Source of the DNA: an uncultured Acidobacteriota bacterium
Lineage (GTDB): Bacteria > Acidobacteriota > Polarisedimenticolia > J045
NCBI GenBank assembly: GCA_963800865.1
Contig: CAWDCL010000004.1
Location: 1,935,339 to 1,999,338, forward strand
DNA: 64,000 bases
Direction: 5' to 3'
The notes beneath the pieces were generated by a model that saw only the letters and a list, made by a program, of their open reading frames with translations, was not told the DNA's origin and did no database searches. The position numbers and the translations under genes were made by a program. Position 1 is the stretch's first letter; every line of letters starts with the position of its first letter. This document shows, one piece after another, positions 31,229 to 40,051 of this stretch.

Positions 31229-32551
31229 ATGGGGCGCAGGGCGGGGAAGGTCGACGGGCGCACGGTCTGGTCGTGGGCACTCTACGACTGGGCCAACTCG
31301 GCCTTCGCGACCACCGTCGTCGCCGGCTTCTTCCCGGTCTTCTTCAAGGATTTCTGGAGCGCGGGGACCGAGCCGACGGTCAGCACGTTCTGGCTCGGCG
31401 TGACGCTCTCGCTGGCCGGGCTGACGGTCGCCGTCACGGCGCCGGTGCTGGGCAGCTTCGCCGACGGCGGGGGAGCCCGGAAGCGCTCGCTCGCGCTGTT
31501 CGCGGCGCTGGCGATCGCGATGACGGCGACCCTCCCGGCGATCCCGCGCGGCGCCTGGCCGGTCGCGGCGACGGTCTACGGTCTCGGGTACGTCTTCTGG
31601 CTCTGTTCGCTGGTCTTCTACGACTCGCTCCTCCCGTCGGTCAGCGACCCGGAGAACGTCGACCGCGTCTCGAGCCTGGGGTTCGGCCTGGGCTACCTCG
31701 GCGGCGGCCTGCTGTTCGCGTTCAACGTGCTGATGACGCTCCGGCCCGAGCTCTTCGGGCTCGTCGGGCCCGGCGCCGACGAAGCGGCCCGCGCCGCCGG
31801 GACGCTGCGCGCGGTCCAGTTCTCGTTCCTCACGGTCGCCGCCTGGTGGGCCCTGTTCTCGATCCCGCTGCTGGTCGCGGTGCCGGAGCCGGGCGAGTCC
31901 GGGCGGGTGCCCTTCGGCGTAGCGCTGCGGCGCGGCCTCGCGCAGCTGCGAGACACGTTCCACGAGGTGCGCCGCTATCGCGTCGTGTTCGGCTTCCTGG
32001 TGGCCTACTGGCTCTACATCGACGGCGTCGACACGGTGATCACGATGGCCGTCGACTACGGGAAGTCGCTCGGGTTCCCCACGGCGACGCTGATCAGCGC
32101 GCTGCTGCTGGTCCAGTTCGTCGCCTTCCCCTGCGCGCTGGCGTTCGGCTGGGCCGGCCAGCGCTTCGGGCCGAAGCGGCCGATCCTGGCCGGGATCGGC
32201 GTGTACATCGTCGTCACCGCGCTCGCCACCCAGCTGACGGTCGAGCCGTGGATCGTGGGGGGGGTCTCGTTCAGTCCCTTCTACGTGCTGGCGATCCTGG
32301 TCGGGCTGGCGCAGGGCGGCGTGCAGGCGCTGTCGCGCTCGCTCTACACGCGGCTCATCCCGGCGGAGCGTACGGCGGAGTTCTTCGGGTTCTACAACAT
32401 GGTGGGTCGCTTCGCGGCGATCATCGGACCGTTCCTGGTCGGCGTCGTCGGCCGCTTCACCGGCAGCCCGCGCGCGGGGATCGGTTCGATCGCGCTGCTG
32501 CTCGTGGTCGGCGGCGCGCTGCTGGCCCGCGTCGACCTCAGGGACCCGTAG
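31229..32551 (+). CDS. MFS transporter (UMF1/ATG22-like family)
   Basis: WALYDWANSAF, FYDSLLP, GYLGG, YIDGVDT, QALSRSLY, EFFGFY; about 12 TM segments. Confidence 0.9.
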   Translation: MGRRAGKVDGRTVWSWALYDWANSAFATTVVAGFFPVFFKDFWSAGTEPTVSTFWLGVTLSLAGLTVAVTAPVLGSFADGGGARKRSLALFAALAIAMTATLPAIPRGAWPVAATVYGLGYVFWLCSLVFYDSLLPSVSDPENVDRVSSLGFGLGYLGGGLLFAFNVLMTLRPELFGLVGPGADEAARAAGTLRAVQFSFLTVAAWWALFSIPLLVAVPEPGESGRVPFGVALRRGLAQLRDTFHEVRRYRVVFGFLVAYWLYIDGVDTVITMAVDYGKSLGFPTATLISALLLVQFVAFPCALAFGWAGQRFGPKRPILAGIGVYIVVTALATQLTVEPWIVGGVSFSPFYVLAILVGLAQGGVQALSRSLYTRLIPAERTAEFFGFYNMVGRFAAIIGPFLVGVVGRFTGSPRAGIGSIALLLVVGGALLARVDLRDP

Positions 32552-32558
32552 GGGCCGG

Positions 32559-32635
32559 CCTCTGTGCCGGCCCGCGCCCTCTGTGGCGGCCCGCGCCCTC
32601 TGTGCCGGCCCGCGCCCTCTGTGGCGGCCCCGCGC
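32559..32635. repeat. Tandem repeat, 4 x 19 bp (cctctgtg[c/g]cggcccgcgc)
   Basis: Directly visible; units alternate C/G at position 9 and the last unit has one extra C. Confidence 0.9.
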
Positions 32636-32653
32636 CCAGCGCCGTCCCCGGCC

Positions 32654-33520
32654 CTACGGGTGCCCCCAGCCCAGCTTGCTGCGCAGCACGCTGAAGAACG
32701 AGCGCCCGGGCCGGCGCACCAGGGTCGTTGAGAAGGCGGCGCGCTCGACCGTCACGCTCTCCCCGGGGAGGAGCGGGAACGCGACCTGGCCGTCCATCGT
32801 GACCTGCACCGTCGTTCCCGGGCGCCCCTCGGGCAGCACGACCCGGATCCGGGTCGATCCGGGCAGCACCAGCGGGCGCTGCGAGAGGGAGTGCGGGCAG
32901 ATCGGCGTGACGAGCAGGGCGTCGACCGAGGGGACGACCACCGGTCCGCCCGCCGACAGGCTGTAGGCGGTCGAGCCGGTCGGCGTCGACAGGATCAGGC
33001 CGTCGGCGCGGTAGTCGGTCACCCACTCGGCATCGATGTAGAGCGAGAGCGTGAACAGCCGCACCGCGCTCGAACTGGAGATCACGACGTCGTTCAGCGC
33101 CAGGTGCTGGTCGCGCGGCAGGTCGTCGTTGTGCGAGACCGCCAGCATTGGACGCCGCTCGAGCGGCGCCCGACCGGCGAGCGCGGCCGCCAGGACGTCG
33201 TCGATTTCATCGCAACGCAGCTCGGTGAGGAAACCGAGGTGCCCGAGGTTGATCCCGAGGATCGGCGTCTCGCGCGCCCCGATCGCGCGGGCCGAGGCGA
33301 GCAGCGTCCCGTCGCCCCCGATCACGACCGCGAGGTCGGCGCGCTGCGCCCCTTCCTCGCGCGACACGAACGACGTCAGCCCCAGCGTGCGGGCCGTGTC
33401 CTCGTCGGCGAGCGGCTCGCAGCCGAGCCGGTCGAGGCTCGAGAAGACGCGCCGCAGGACGGCCGGTGCGTCGGGGTGCGGCTTGCTGAAGACGGCGACC
33501 GCACGCTGGTCAGCTGGCAT
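32654..33520 (-). CDS. nadK: NAD kinase
   Basis: GGDGT, GINLGHLGFL, ALND, DGLILSTPTGSTAYSLSAGGP. Confidence 0.96.
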   Translation of the reverse strand: MPADQRAVAVFSKPHPDAPAVLRRVFSSLDRLGCEPLADEDTARTLGLTSFVSREEGAQRADLAVVIGGDGTLLASARAIGARETPILGINLGHLGFLTELRCDEIDDVLAAALAGRAPLERRPMLAVSHNDDLPRDQHLALNDVVISSSSAVRLFTLSLYIDAEWVTDYRADGLILSTPTGSTAYSLSAGGPVVVPSVDALLVTPICPHSLSQRPLVLPGSTRIRVVLPEGRPGTTVQVTMDGQVAFPLLPGESVTVERAAFSTTLVRRPGRSFFSVLRSKLGWGHP

Positions 33521-34325
33521 CGCGCCGGACCTCCTCGTCGACCAGCCTATCAAAGGCCGCCGCGCCGATCCCGGGGCCCCGCGCGGCGAGCAGGAAAACC
33601 TCGCGGTTTCCCTTGGGGCCGGCGACCCGCGAGGCCGCCACGGCGGCGGGCCCCCAGCCCCGTTCCTCGAGGAAGCGGCCCACGCGCACGACGGCCCGGC
33701 CGCGCAGCTCCGGATCGCGGACGACCCCGCCCCGGCCGACGAGCGGGGGCGAGAGCTCGAACTGCGGCTTGACCAGGAGGAGCAGCCGGCCTGCAGCCGC
33801 GAGGAGCGGCAGGACCGCCGGCAGGACGAGGGTCAGCGAGATGAAGGACAGGTCGGCCGTAGCGAGGTCGTAGGGGGGAGCGACCTGCCCCGCCGCGAGG
33901 TAGCGCGCATTGCAGTGCTCGACCACCAGGACCCGGGAGTCGGCGCGGAGCGCGGCGTCGAGCAGGCCGTGGCCGACATCGACCGCCGTGACGTGCGCCG
34001 CTCCGCGCCGCAGCAGGACGTCGGTGAAGCCGCCGGTCGAGGCCCCGAGATCGAGGCAGCGCCATCCGGCCGGGTCGAGGCCGAGCTGGTCGAGGGCCGG
34101 GGCCAGCTTGAGGCCGCCGCGCGAGGCGTAGAGCCGGTCTCCCTCCGTCAGGCCGAGTTCGGCGCCCGAAGGGACCGGTGTCCCCGGCTTGTCGCTGCGC
34201 CGCCCGTCCACGAGGACGCGGCCGGCGAGGACCAGCGCCTGGGCCTTCTCGCGGGAGGGGGCGAGCCCGGCCTCGACCAGCGCCAGGTCGAGGCGCCGCC
34301 GGGGAGGCCGGGGCGCCCCGCCCAT
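33510..34325 (-). CDS. tlyA: TlyA family rRNA 2'-O-methyltransferase
   Basis: S4 domain RLD..L; SRGGLKL, DLGASTGGFTD, LSFISL, VKPQFE, GPKGNRE. Confidence 0.95.
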   Translation of the reverse strand: MGGAPRPPRRRLDLALVEAGLAPSREKAQALVLAGRVLVDGRRSDKPGTPVPSGAELGLTEGDRLYASRGGLKLAPALDQLGLDPAGWRCLDLGASTGGFTDVLLRRGAAHVTAVDVGHGLLDAALRADSRVLVVEHCNARYLAAGQVAPPYDLATADLSFISLTLVLPAVLPLLAAAGRLLLLVKPQFELSPPLVGRGGVVRDPELRGRAVVRVGRFLEERGWGPAAVAASRVAGPKGNREVFLLAARGPGIGAAAFDRLVDEEVRRDAS

Positions 34326-35224
34326 CACCGGCTCCGGTCGACGGCCGCGCGCACGAGGGCGAGCAGCGGATCCGCCGCTGGACCGAGCGACGCCAGCCCG
34401 GCGAGGGCTTCGTCCCGCAGCGTGGCCGCGCGCTGCAGCGCGGCGTCGAGCCCGACCAGCGCCGGCCAGGTCGCCTTGCCCTGCGCGAGGTCCTTGCCCG
34501 CGGTCTTGCCGAGCTGCGCGGTGGACGCCGTCAGGTCGAGGATGTCGTCCTGGATCTGAAACGCCTCGCCGACCAGCGCTCCGCTCGCGACGAGCCGCGC
34601 GCGCAGTGATTCCGGGGCTGCGGCCGCGAGCGCGCCGAGCTCGAAGCAGGCGACCAGCAGCGCACCGGTCTTCATCCGATCGATCCGGGCGACGGCGTGC
34701 GCGTCGGCCGGCCGCCCGGCGGCGGCGAGGTCGAGCGCCTGGCCACCGGCCATCCCGGCCGGCCCGGCCGCGACCGCGAGCGCCACGACCTGCGCCGCGA
34801 TCGTCGCTCCCGGGACCGGACCGCGGGCGAGCACCTCGAACGCCCGGGTCTGCAGCGCGTCGCCGGCGAGGATCGCCATCGCTTCGCCGTAGACCTTGTG
34901 GGTCGTGGGGCGTCCGCGGCGCAGGTCGTCGTCGTCCATCGCCGGCAGGTCGTCGTGCGCGAGGCTGTAGGAGTGGATCATCTCGATCGCCACGGCCGCC
35001 GGCAGCGCCGTCTCGACCGCCCCGCCGCAGGCGCGGCAGGTGGCGAGCGTCAGCAGCGGGCGCAGCCGCTTCCCCCCGCCGAGGAGCGCGTAGCGCATCG
35101 CTTCGAGCAGTTCCGCGGCCGCACCCGCGAGTTCCTCCGGCGCGGCCAGGGCCTCCTCGAGCCCGCGCTCGACCTGCGCGCGCCAGGCGGCGAGCGTGTC
35201 GGTGTCGGGCCGGGCGGCACTCAC
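34325..35224 (-). CDS. ispA: Farnesyl/geranylgeranyl diphosphate synthase
   Basis: [43 protein letters not shown]. Confidence 0.95.
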   Translation of the reverse strand: MSAARPDTDTLAAWRAQVERGLEEALAAPEELAGAAAELLEAMRYALLGGGKRLRPLLTLATCRACGGAVETALPAAVAIEMIHSYSLAHDDLPAMDDDDLRRGRPTTHKVYGEAMAILAGDALQTRAFEVLARGPVPGATIAAQVVALAVAAGPAGMAGGQALDLAAAGRPADAHAVARIDRMKTGALLVACFELGALAAAAPESLRARLVASGALVGEAFQIQDDILDLTASTAQLGKTAGKDLAQGKATWPALVGLDAALQRAATLRDEALAGLASLGPAADPLLALVRAAVDRSR

Positions 35225-35493
35225 GGCGATTCCGGGGGCGGTTCGAACGGCACGGCGACGGCCTCGCCCGTCGCGCTTCGAACGAGCGCCTCGACCTTCA
35301 GCTCCGCGGCCTGCAGCTGCGCCTCGAGCGCGCGCGCCAGCGTCACTCCCTCCTCGAACAGCGCCAGGCTCTCTTCCAGCGGCAGCTCGCCCTGTTCCAT
35401 CGCGCCGACGATCGCCTCGAGCCGTGCGAGGGAGCGTTCGAACCCCTTGTCGTCGCCGGCGGGCGGAGCCGCCGGCCCGGTCCTGTCGACCAT
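35221..35493 (-). CDS. xseB: Exodeoxyribonuclease VII small subunit
   Basis: [26 protein letters not shown]; strong AGGAGG SD. Confidence 0.93.
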   Translation of the reverse strand: MVDRTGPAAPPAGDDKGFERSLARLEAIVGAMEQGELPLEESLALFEEGVTLARALEAQLQAAELKVEALVRSATGEAVAVPFEPPPESP

Positions 35494-35536
35494 GCCTCCT
35501 CCTCGCTTTCCCGGCCCCGGTCTGCCTCGGCCGGGG

Positions 35537-36946
35537 TCATTCATCCGCGCCGCCCGCCGCCGGCTCGCCGAGCGGACCGTCCACCGTTGCGGCGAATGCT
35601 CCCCGGGCCAGCCGCACGGCGACCCGCTCCCCGGGCGCGAGCGATGTCGCGTCGCGCACTACTGCCGCGGGCTGGCCGGACCGCGTGACGAGCGCGAAGC
35701 CGCGGGCCAGCACCGCCAGTGGCGACAGCGCGTCGAGCTGCGCCGCCAGCGCGCCGCACCGGCTGCGGCAGGCTGCGAGCCGCCGCCCCGCTGCGCCGCC
35801 CAGGGCGGCGCGGGCGACGGCGAGGCGGTGGCGCCGCGCCGCGAGCCGTGCGCGTTGCCCCTCGGGAGCCAGGCGCGCGGCGAGCGCGCCCAGCGCGCGG
35901 CGGCGGCGCTCGAGCACGGCCCGCTGCGCCAGTTCGAGGCGGTGTTCGAGATCGGCGGCGTGCGCCGCGAGCCGGCTCAGCGCCAACGGGACGGCCCCCA
36001 GGGCGCGGGCGCCGGCGAGCGGCGCGAGGCGGGCGCGGGCGCGGTCGATCCGGCGGCGCGCGGCCCGGGCCAGGCGCGACGCCCCGGAGGCGACGCGGGC
36101 CGCCAGCTCGACCTCGGCGCGCACCACGACCTCGGCCGCGGCCGAAGGGGTCGGAGCGCGCAGGTCGGCGGCGAAGTCGGCCAGCGTGGTGTCGATCTCG
36201 TGCCCGACGCCGGTCACTACCGGCGTGCGGCAGGCGACGATCGCGCGCACCACGCGCTCGTCGTCGAAGGCCGCCAGGTCCTCGCGCGCTCCGCCGCCGC
36301 GCACGACCAGCAGCAGGTCGAGGCCGCACGCGTCGGCCGCGGCGAGCGCGGCGGCGATCTCCTCGGGAGCCTTCGCCCCCTGCACGGTCGCCGGCACGAC
36401 CAGCACCTGCAGGCCCGAGACGCGGCGCGCCAGGACGCGCAGCACGTCGCGCAGCGCCGCGCCGTCGGCCGAGGTCACGACCCCGATCCGGCGGGCCAGC
36501 GCGGGCAGCGCCTGCTTCCGCCCGGCGTCGAACAGCCCCTCCGCGGCGAGCCGGGCCTTGAGCTGCTCGAAGGCCAGCGCGGCCGAGCCGGCCCCGACCG
36601 GCTCGAGCGCCGAGACCGCCAGCTGGAACCGGCCCTGGACCGCGTAGACCGAGGGGAGCGCGAGCGCGAGCACCTCGAGGCCGTCCCCGGGGGCGAAGCG
36701 GACGCGCAGGTTCTCGCGCCGGAACATCGCGCAGGAGATCGAGGCCCGCCCGTCGGTCAGCGAGAAGTACCAGTGCCCGGAGCCGTGGGCGACGAAGCGC
36801 ACGATCTCGCCCAGGACCCAGACCGGGCCGATTCCCTCGCGGAGCTGCGCGTCGGCCAGCTCGTTCAGCTGGGTGACGGTGAGCGGCGCGAGGCGCGAGC
36901 CGGGCAGGGGATCGTCACCGTCCGGCGAGTGCGCGCCGGGAAGCAT
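35537..36946 (-). CDS. xseA: Exodeoxyribonuclease VII large subunit
   Basis: [42 protein letters not shown]. Confidence 0.96.
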   Translation of the reverse strand: MLPGAHSPDGDDPLPGSRLAPLTVTQLNELADAQLREGIGPVWVLGEIVRFVAHGSGHWYFSLTDGRASISCAMFRRENLRVRFAPGDGLEVLALALPSVYAVQGRFQLAVSALEPVGAGSAALAFEQLKARLAAEGLFDAGRKQALPALARRIGVVTSADGAALRDVLRVLARRVSGLQVLVVPATVQGAKAPEEIAAALAAADACGLDLLLVVRGGGAREDLAAFDDERVVRAIVACRTPVVTGVGHEIDTTLADFAADLRAPTPSAAAEVVVRAEVELAARVASGASRLARAARRRIDRARARLAPLAGARALGAVPLALSRLAAHAADLEHRLELAQRAVLERRRRALGALAARLAPEGQRARLAARRHRLAVARAALGGAAGRRLAACRSRCGALAAQLDALSPLAVLARGFALVTRSGQPAAVVRDATSLAPGERVAVRLARGAFAATVDGPLGEPAAGGADE

Positions 36947-37734
36947 CAGGCGCCCCCGGCCCCGCGCGCGATCCGGCGCACCGCCGTCGCGCGGCCGCTC
37001 CCCTCGTCGATCTCGAACAGCGCGCCACGCAGGCCGGGCTCGGCGTCCGAGGGGTCGGCGTGGCCCGGCCGGCTGGTCAGGAAGCGGCGCAGGGCGGCGT
37101 CGCGCTGCATCCCGATCACGCCGCCGTACGGGCCGGTCATGCCGAGGTCGGTGATGAACCCGGTCCCTCCGGGAAGAACCCGGGCATCGGCGGTCTGGAC
37201 GTGGGTGTGGGTCCCGAACACCCCGGCGACGCGGCCGTCGAGGTAGGCGGCGAGCGCCAGCTTCTCCGACGACGCCTCGGCGTGGAAGTCGACGACGATC
37301 GCGTCGGCCCGGCCGGAGAGCTGTTCGAGGACGCGGTCCGCGGCGCGGAACGGATCGTCGACCGGCGGCATGAAGACGCGCCCCTGCAGGTTGACGACCG
37401 CGATCCGCAGGCCGGCCAGCGAAGGCGCGACGAGGAAGCCGCGGCCGGGGCAGGGCTCGGGGTAGTTGAACGGCCGCAGCAGGCGCGGCTCGCGCTCGAG
37501 CAGCTGGTCGTGCCCCTTCTGGGCCCAGACGTGGTTGCCGGAGGTCAGGCAGTCGGCGCCCGCCTCGAGCATCGCGCGCGCGCCGGCCGCGTCCACGCCG
37601 CGGCCGCCCTTGATGTTCTCGACGTTGATCACGACGAACGCCGCGTCGTGTTCCTCGCGCAGCCGCGGCAGCCACTGCGCCACCGCGCGCCGCCCGGTCT
37701 CCCCGAAGACATCCCCGATCGCGAGCAGGTTCAT
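36946..37734 (-). CDS. ymdB: YmdB-like (TIGR00282) metallophosphoesterase
   Basis: [40 protein letters not shown]; follows rny. Confidence 0.95.
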   Translation of the reverse strand: MNLLAIGDVFGETGRRAVAQWLPRLREEHDAAFVVINVENIKGGRGVDAAGARAMLEAGADCLTSGNHVWAQKGHDQLLEREPRLLRPFNYPEPCPGRGFLVAPSLAGLRIAVVNLQGRVFMPPVDDPFRAADRVLEQLSGRADAIVVDFHAEASSEKLALAAYLDGRVAGVFGTHTHVQTADARVLPGGTGFITDLGMTGPYGGVIGMQRDAALRRFLTSRPGHADPSDAEPGLRGALFEIDEGSGRATAVRRIARGAGGA

Positions 37735-37752
37735 GGCGCGCCGCGGCCGCGC

Positions 37753-39315
37753 TCAGACCGCGTAGCTGACGGCGCGGGTCTCGCGGATCACGACGACACG
37801 GATCTGGCCGGGGTAGTCGACGGTCTTCTCGATCTCGAGGGCGAGGTTACGGGCCATGAGCAGCGCCTGCTCGTCGGTCGTCGCCTCGGCCCGCACGTGG
37901 ACCCGCAGCTCGCGGCCGGCGCGGACCGCGGTGGCGCGCTCGATCCCCTCGTGCGCGAGGGCCATCCGCTCGACCTCCTCCAGCCGGTCCATGTGGCGCT
38001 GCAGGTTGTCGTTCCGTGCGCCGGGTCGCGAGACGACGATCCGCCGGGCAGTGGCCAGCACGACCCCTTCCGGCGTACGTGGCGCATCGTTGGGCTGCGC
38101 CAGCAGGCGGATCGGGTGGGTCACCGCGGGCTGCTCGCCGAAGCGGGTCGCGAGGTCGGCGCTGGCGATCGCCGGGTGCTGCAGGAGCGGCACCTTGTCG
38201 GCGCGGGCGACGTCGTGGAGCAGGCCCGCGCGCCGCAGCGCGTCGCCGGACAGGCGCAGCTCGTCCCCCAGCTCGCCCGCGATCAGGGCCACCTCGCGCG
38301 CGCGCTGGAGCAGGCTCTGCCCGTGGTCGGTCACGAACGACAGCCGGCCGAGCAGGAGGACGAGGCGCTCGTGAAGGCCGGTCATCCCCAGTTCGAAGAT
38401 CACCGCCTCGCCCCGCTCGCGCGCCTCCTCGTCGGCCTCCGAGCGCGACTTCTCGACGACCTCCTCGATCCGTGCCGGGTGGATCCGGCCGTCCTCGACC
38501 AGCTTCTGCAGCGAGCGCGCGGCGATCGTGCGCCGCAGCGGGTCCCACGAGGAGAGCAGGATCGCGTGGGGCGTGTCGTCGACCAGGAAATCGACCCCGG
38601 TGGTGTGTTCGAGCGCGCGGATGTTGCGTCCCTCGCGCCCGATCACGCGTCCCTTCATCTCGTCGCTCGGCAGCTCGACGAGGGAGATCGTCCCCTCGAC
38701 GGTGACCGCCCCGCGGACCGACGCCATCGCGCGCAGCACCAGCTCGCGCGCGCGCTCGTCCGCGGCAAGGCGGGCGCTCTCCTCGGAGCGGGCGACATGG
38801 CGAGCGACCTCGCCCGTGAGCTCCCGCTCGAGGGTGGCGATCAGGCGCTCCCTGGCCTCGTCGGCGGAGAGCCCGGCCACTTCCTCGAGCCGGCTACGGA
38901 TCTGGTCCTCGCTGCCGGCGATCCGCGCCTCCCGCTCGTCGAGCCGCGTCGAGCGGGCGTCGAGGGCGCCGGCGCGCTCGGCCATCTCCTCGGCCTTCGC
39001 GTCGAGCGTCGCGCCGCGCTCCTCCAGCTTGTGACGGCGGTCGGCCAGCTCGGCGGACCGGCGCGTGACCTCCTCGTCCTTGCGGGTGGCCTCGGCCTCG
39101 CGTTGGGCGATCCGCTCGCGGAGCCGTCGCTCCTCGTCGACCACCCGCCGGCGGACCTGTTCCTCCACCCGGCGCTCGAGTTCGAGCTCGAGCTGGGTGA
39201 GCCGCTCGATCTGCTGCGAGAGCTGGCGCGAGCGCCGCGCGGCCAGGATCGCCAGCACGGCGACGGCGACCACGAGGGCCGCGTCGAGGATGCCAAGCCA
39301 GAGCAACGGGTTCAT
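37753..39315 (-). CDS. rny: Ribonuclease Y homolog with a degenerate HD domain
   Basis: N-terminal TM, long coiled coil, KH motif LPSDEMKGRVIGREGRNIR, DGRIHPARIEE, RAGLLHD, C-terminal YPGQIRVVVIRETRA. Confidence 0.93.
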   Translation of the reverse strand: MNPLLWLGILDAALVVAVAVLAILAARRSRQLSQQIERLTQLELELERRVEEQVRRRVVDEERRLRERIAQREAEATRKDEEVTRRSAELADRRHKLEERGATLDAKAEEMAERAGALDARSTRLDEREARIAGSEDQIRSRLEEVAGLSADEARERLIATLERELTGEVARHVARSEESARLAADERARELVLRAMASVRGAVTVEGTISLVELPSDEMKGRVIGREGRNIRALEHTTGVDFLVDDTPHAILLSSWDPLRRTIAARSLQKLVEDGRIHPARIEEVVEKSRSEADEEARERGEAVIFELGMTGLHERLVLLLGRLSFVTDHGQSLLQRAREVALIAGELGDELRLSGDALRRAGLLHDVARADKVPLLQHPAIASADLATRFGEQPAVTHPIRLLAQPNDAPRTPEGVVLATARRIVVSRPGARNDNLQRHMDRLEEVERMALAHEGIERATAVRAGRELRVHVRAEATTDEQALLMARNLALEIEKTVDYPGQIRVVVIRETRAVSYAV

Positions 39316-39340
39316 GCGGTCCGCCGGTCGATCGATCGAG

Positions 39341-39546
39341 GTGACCGGCAGATCGGGACGGTGGGCGGATGCGGGATTGATGCCTGGAGGACCAGGTGGG
39401 TGCCCTCCCGCGGGCTTAGGCTTCCTTCGAACGCGGCGCGCAAGGCGCCGAGAAGGCCTGCACACCCTCCGCGGAGTCCGGGCTCCCGAGGTGGTGCTGT
39501 TGGCTCAAGCGCGATCCGCCGGCACGCAATCCTGACCTGCCGGACC
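39341..39546 (-). ncRNA. ssrS: 6S RNA
   Basis: Lies between zapA and rny (canonical). Terminal stem ccggcaggtcagga/tcccgatctgccgg; 6S-like motifs cttgagccaac...gggagc...ggaagccta...gggcacccacctgg; has its own promoter. Ends approximate. Confidence 0.85.
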
Positions 39547-39551
39547 GAGGC

Positions 39552-39580
39552 AGTATGCGGGGCTGCATCGAGGGGGTCAA
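39552..39580 (-). promoter_or_regulatory. sigma70 promoter of 6S RNA
   Basis: TTGACC-N17-CATACT on the minus strand just upstream of the predicted 5' end. Confidence 0.7.
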
Positions 39581-39600
39581 CCACCGCCGGAACGCGCGCG

Positions 39601-39942
39601 TCAGCCGCGCGGTTCGTCGACCGGTTCGATCGCGGCGGCGAGCTGCAGCAGGCTCTCCTCGAGCCGCCGCGCGCGCTGCCCGACCGCCCGGGCGCGGGTC
39701 AGCCAGGCCTCGCGCCGCTCCTCGTGTTCCGACGCGAGGTTGAGCGCGGCGAGCACCGCGACCTTGAAGTCGTCGCGCAGCCCCGACGCGCCCGCCACCT
39801 CGGCCAGCGCGTCGTCGACGCGGGCGGCCAGGGCGCGCAGCAGCGCCGGGTCCTCGCCGCGGAGCCGGTAGAGCCGGCCGGCGAGTTCGACCTCGACCAC
39901 CTGCGCCGCCGGCCGTGCGGGCGGAATTCCGTTCTCCGGCAT
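39601..39942 (-). CDS. zapA: Cell division protein ZapA
   Basis: VEVELAGRLYRL, LAARVD, VAVLAALNLA; GGAGG SD and TATAAT upstream; synteny with 6S/rny. Confidence 0.9.
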   Translation of the reverse strand: MPENGIPPARPAAQVVEVELAGRLYRLRGEDPALLRALAARVDDALAEVAGASGLRDDFKVAVLAALNLASEHEERREAWLTRARAVGQRARRLEESLLQLAAAIEPVDEPRG

Positions 39943-39967
39943 CACGCGAAGGTCCTCCGGGGAGGGG

Positions 39968-40017
39968 ATTATACGGGGTCGGGGGGCGAGCCCGGGGCCG
40001 GGGATCGAGGATACAAT
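39968..40017. promoter_or_regulatory. Divergent -10 elements for zapA (TATAAT, minus) and pheS (TACAAT, plus)
   Basis: attata at 39968-39973 and tacaat at 40012-40017 in the short divergent gap. Confidence 0.55.
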
Positions 40018-40051
40018 CCGCCGTTCTGCGCGGCAGGCGCGGGAGGTCGGC

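Noticed and set aside
32559-32635. Possible CRISPR array
   Set aside because: Units are contiguous with no unique spacers, and there are no cas genes.
29371-32694. 1107-aa ORF overlapping PBP1A and the MFS gene
   Set aside because: Shadow frame with no domain signal.
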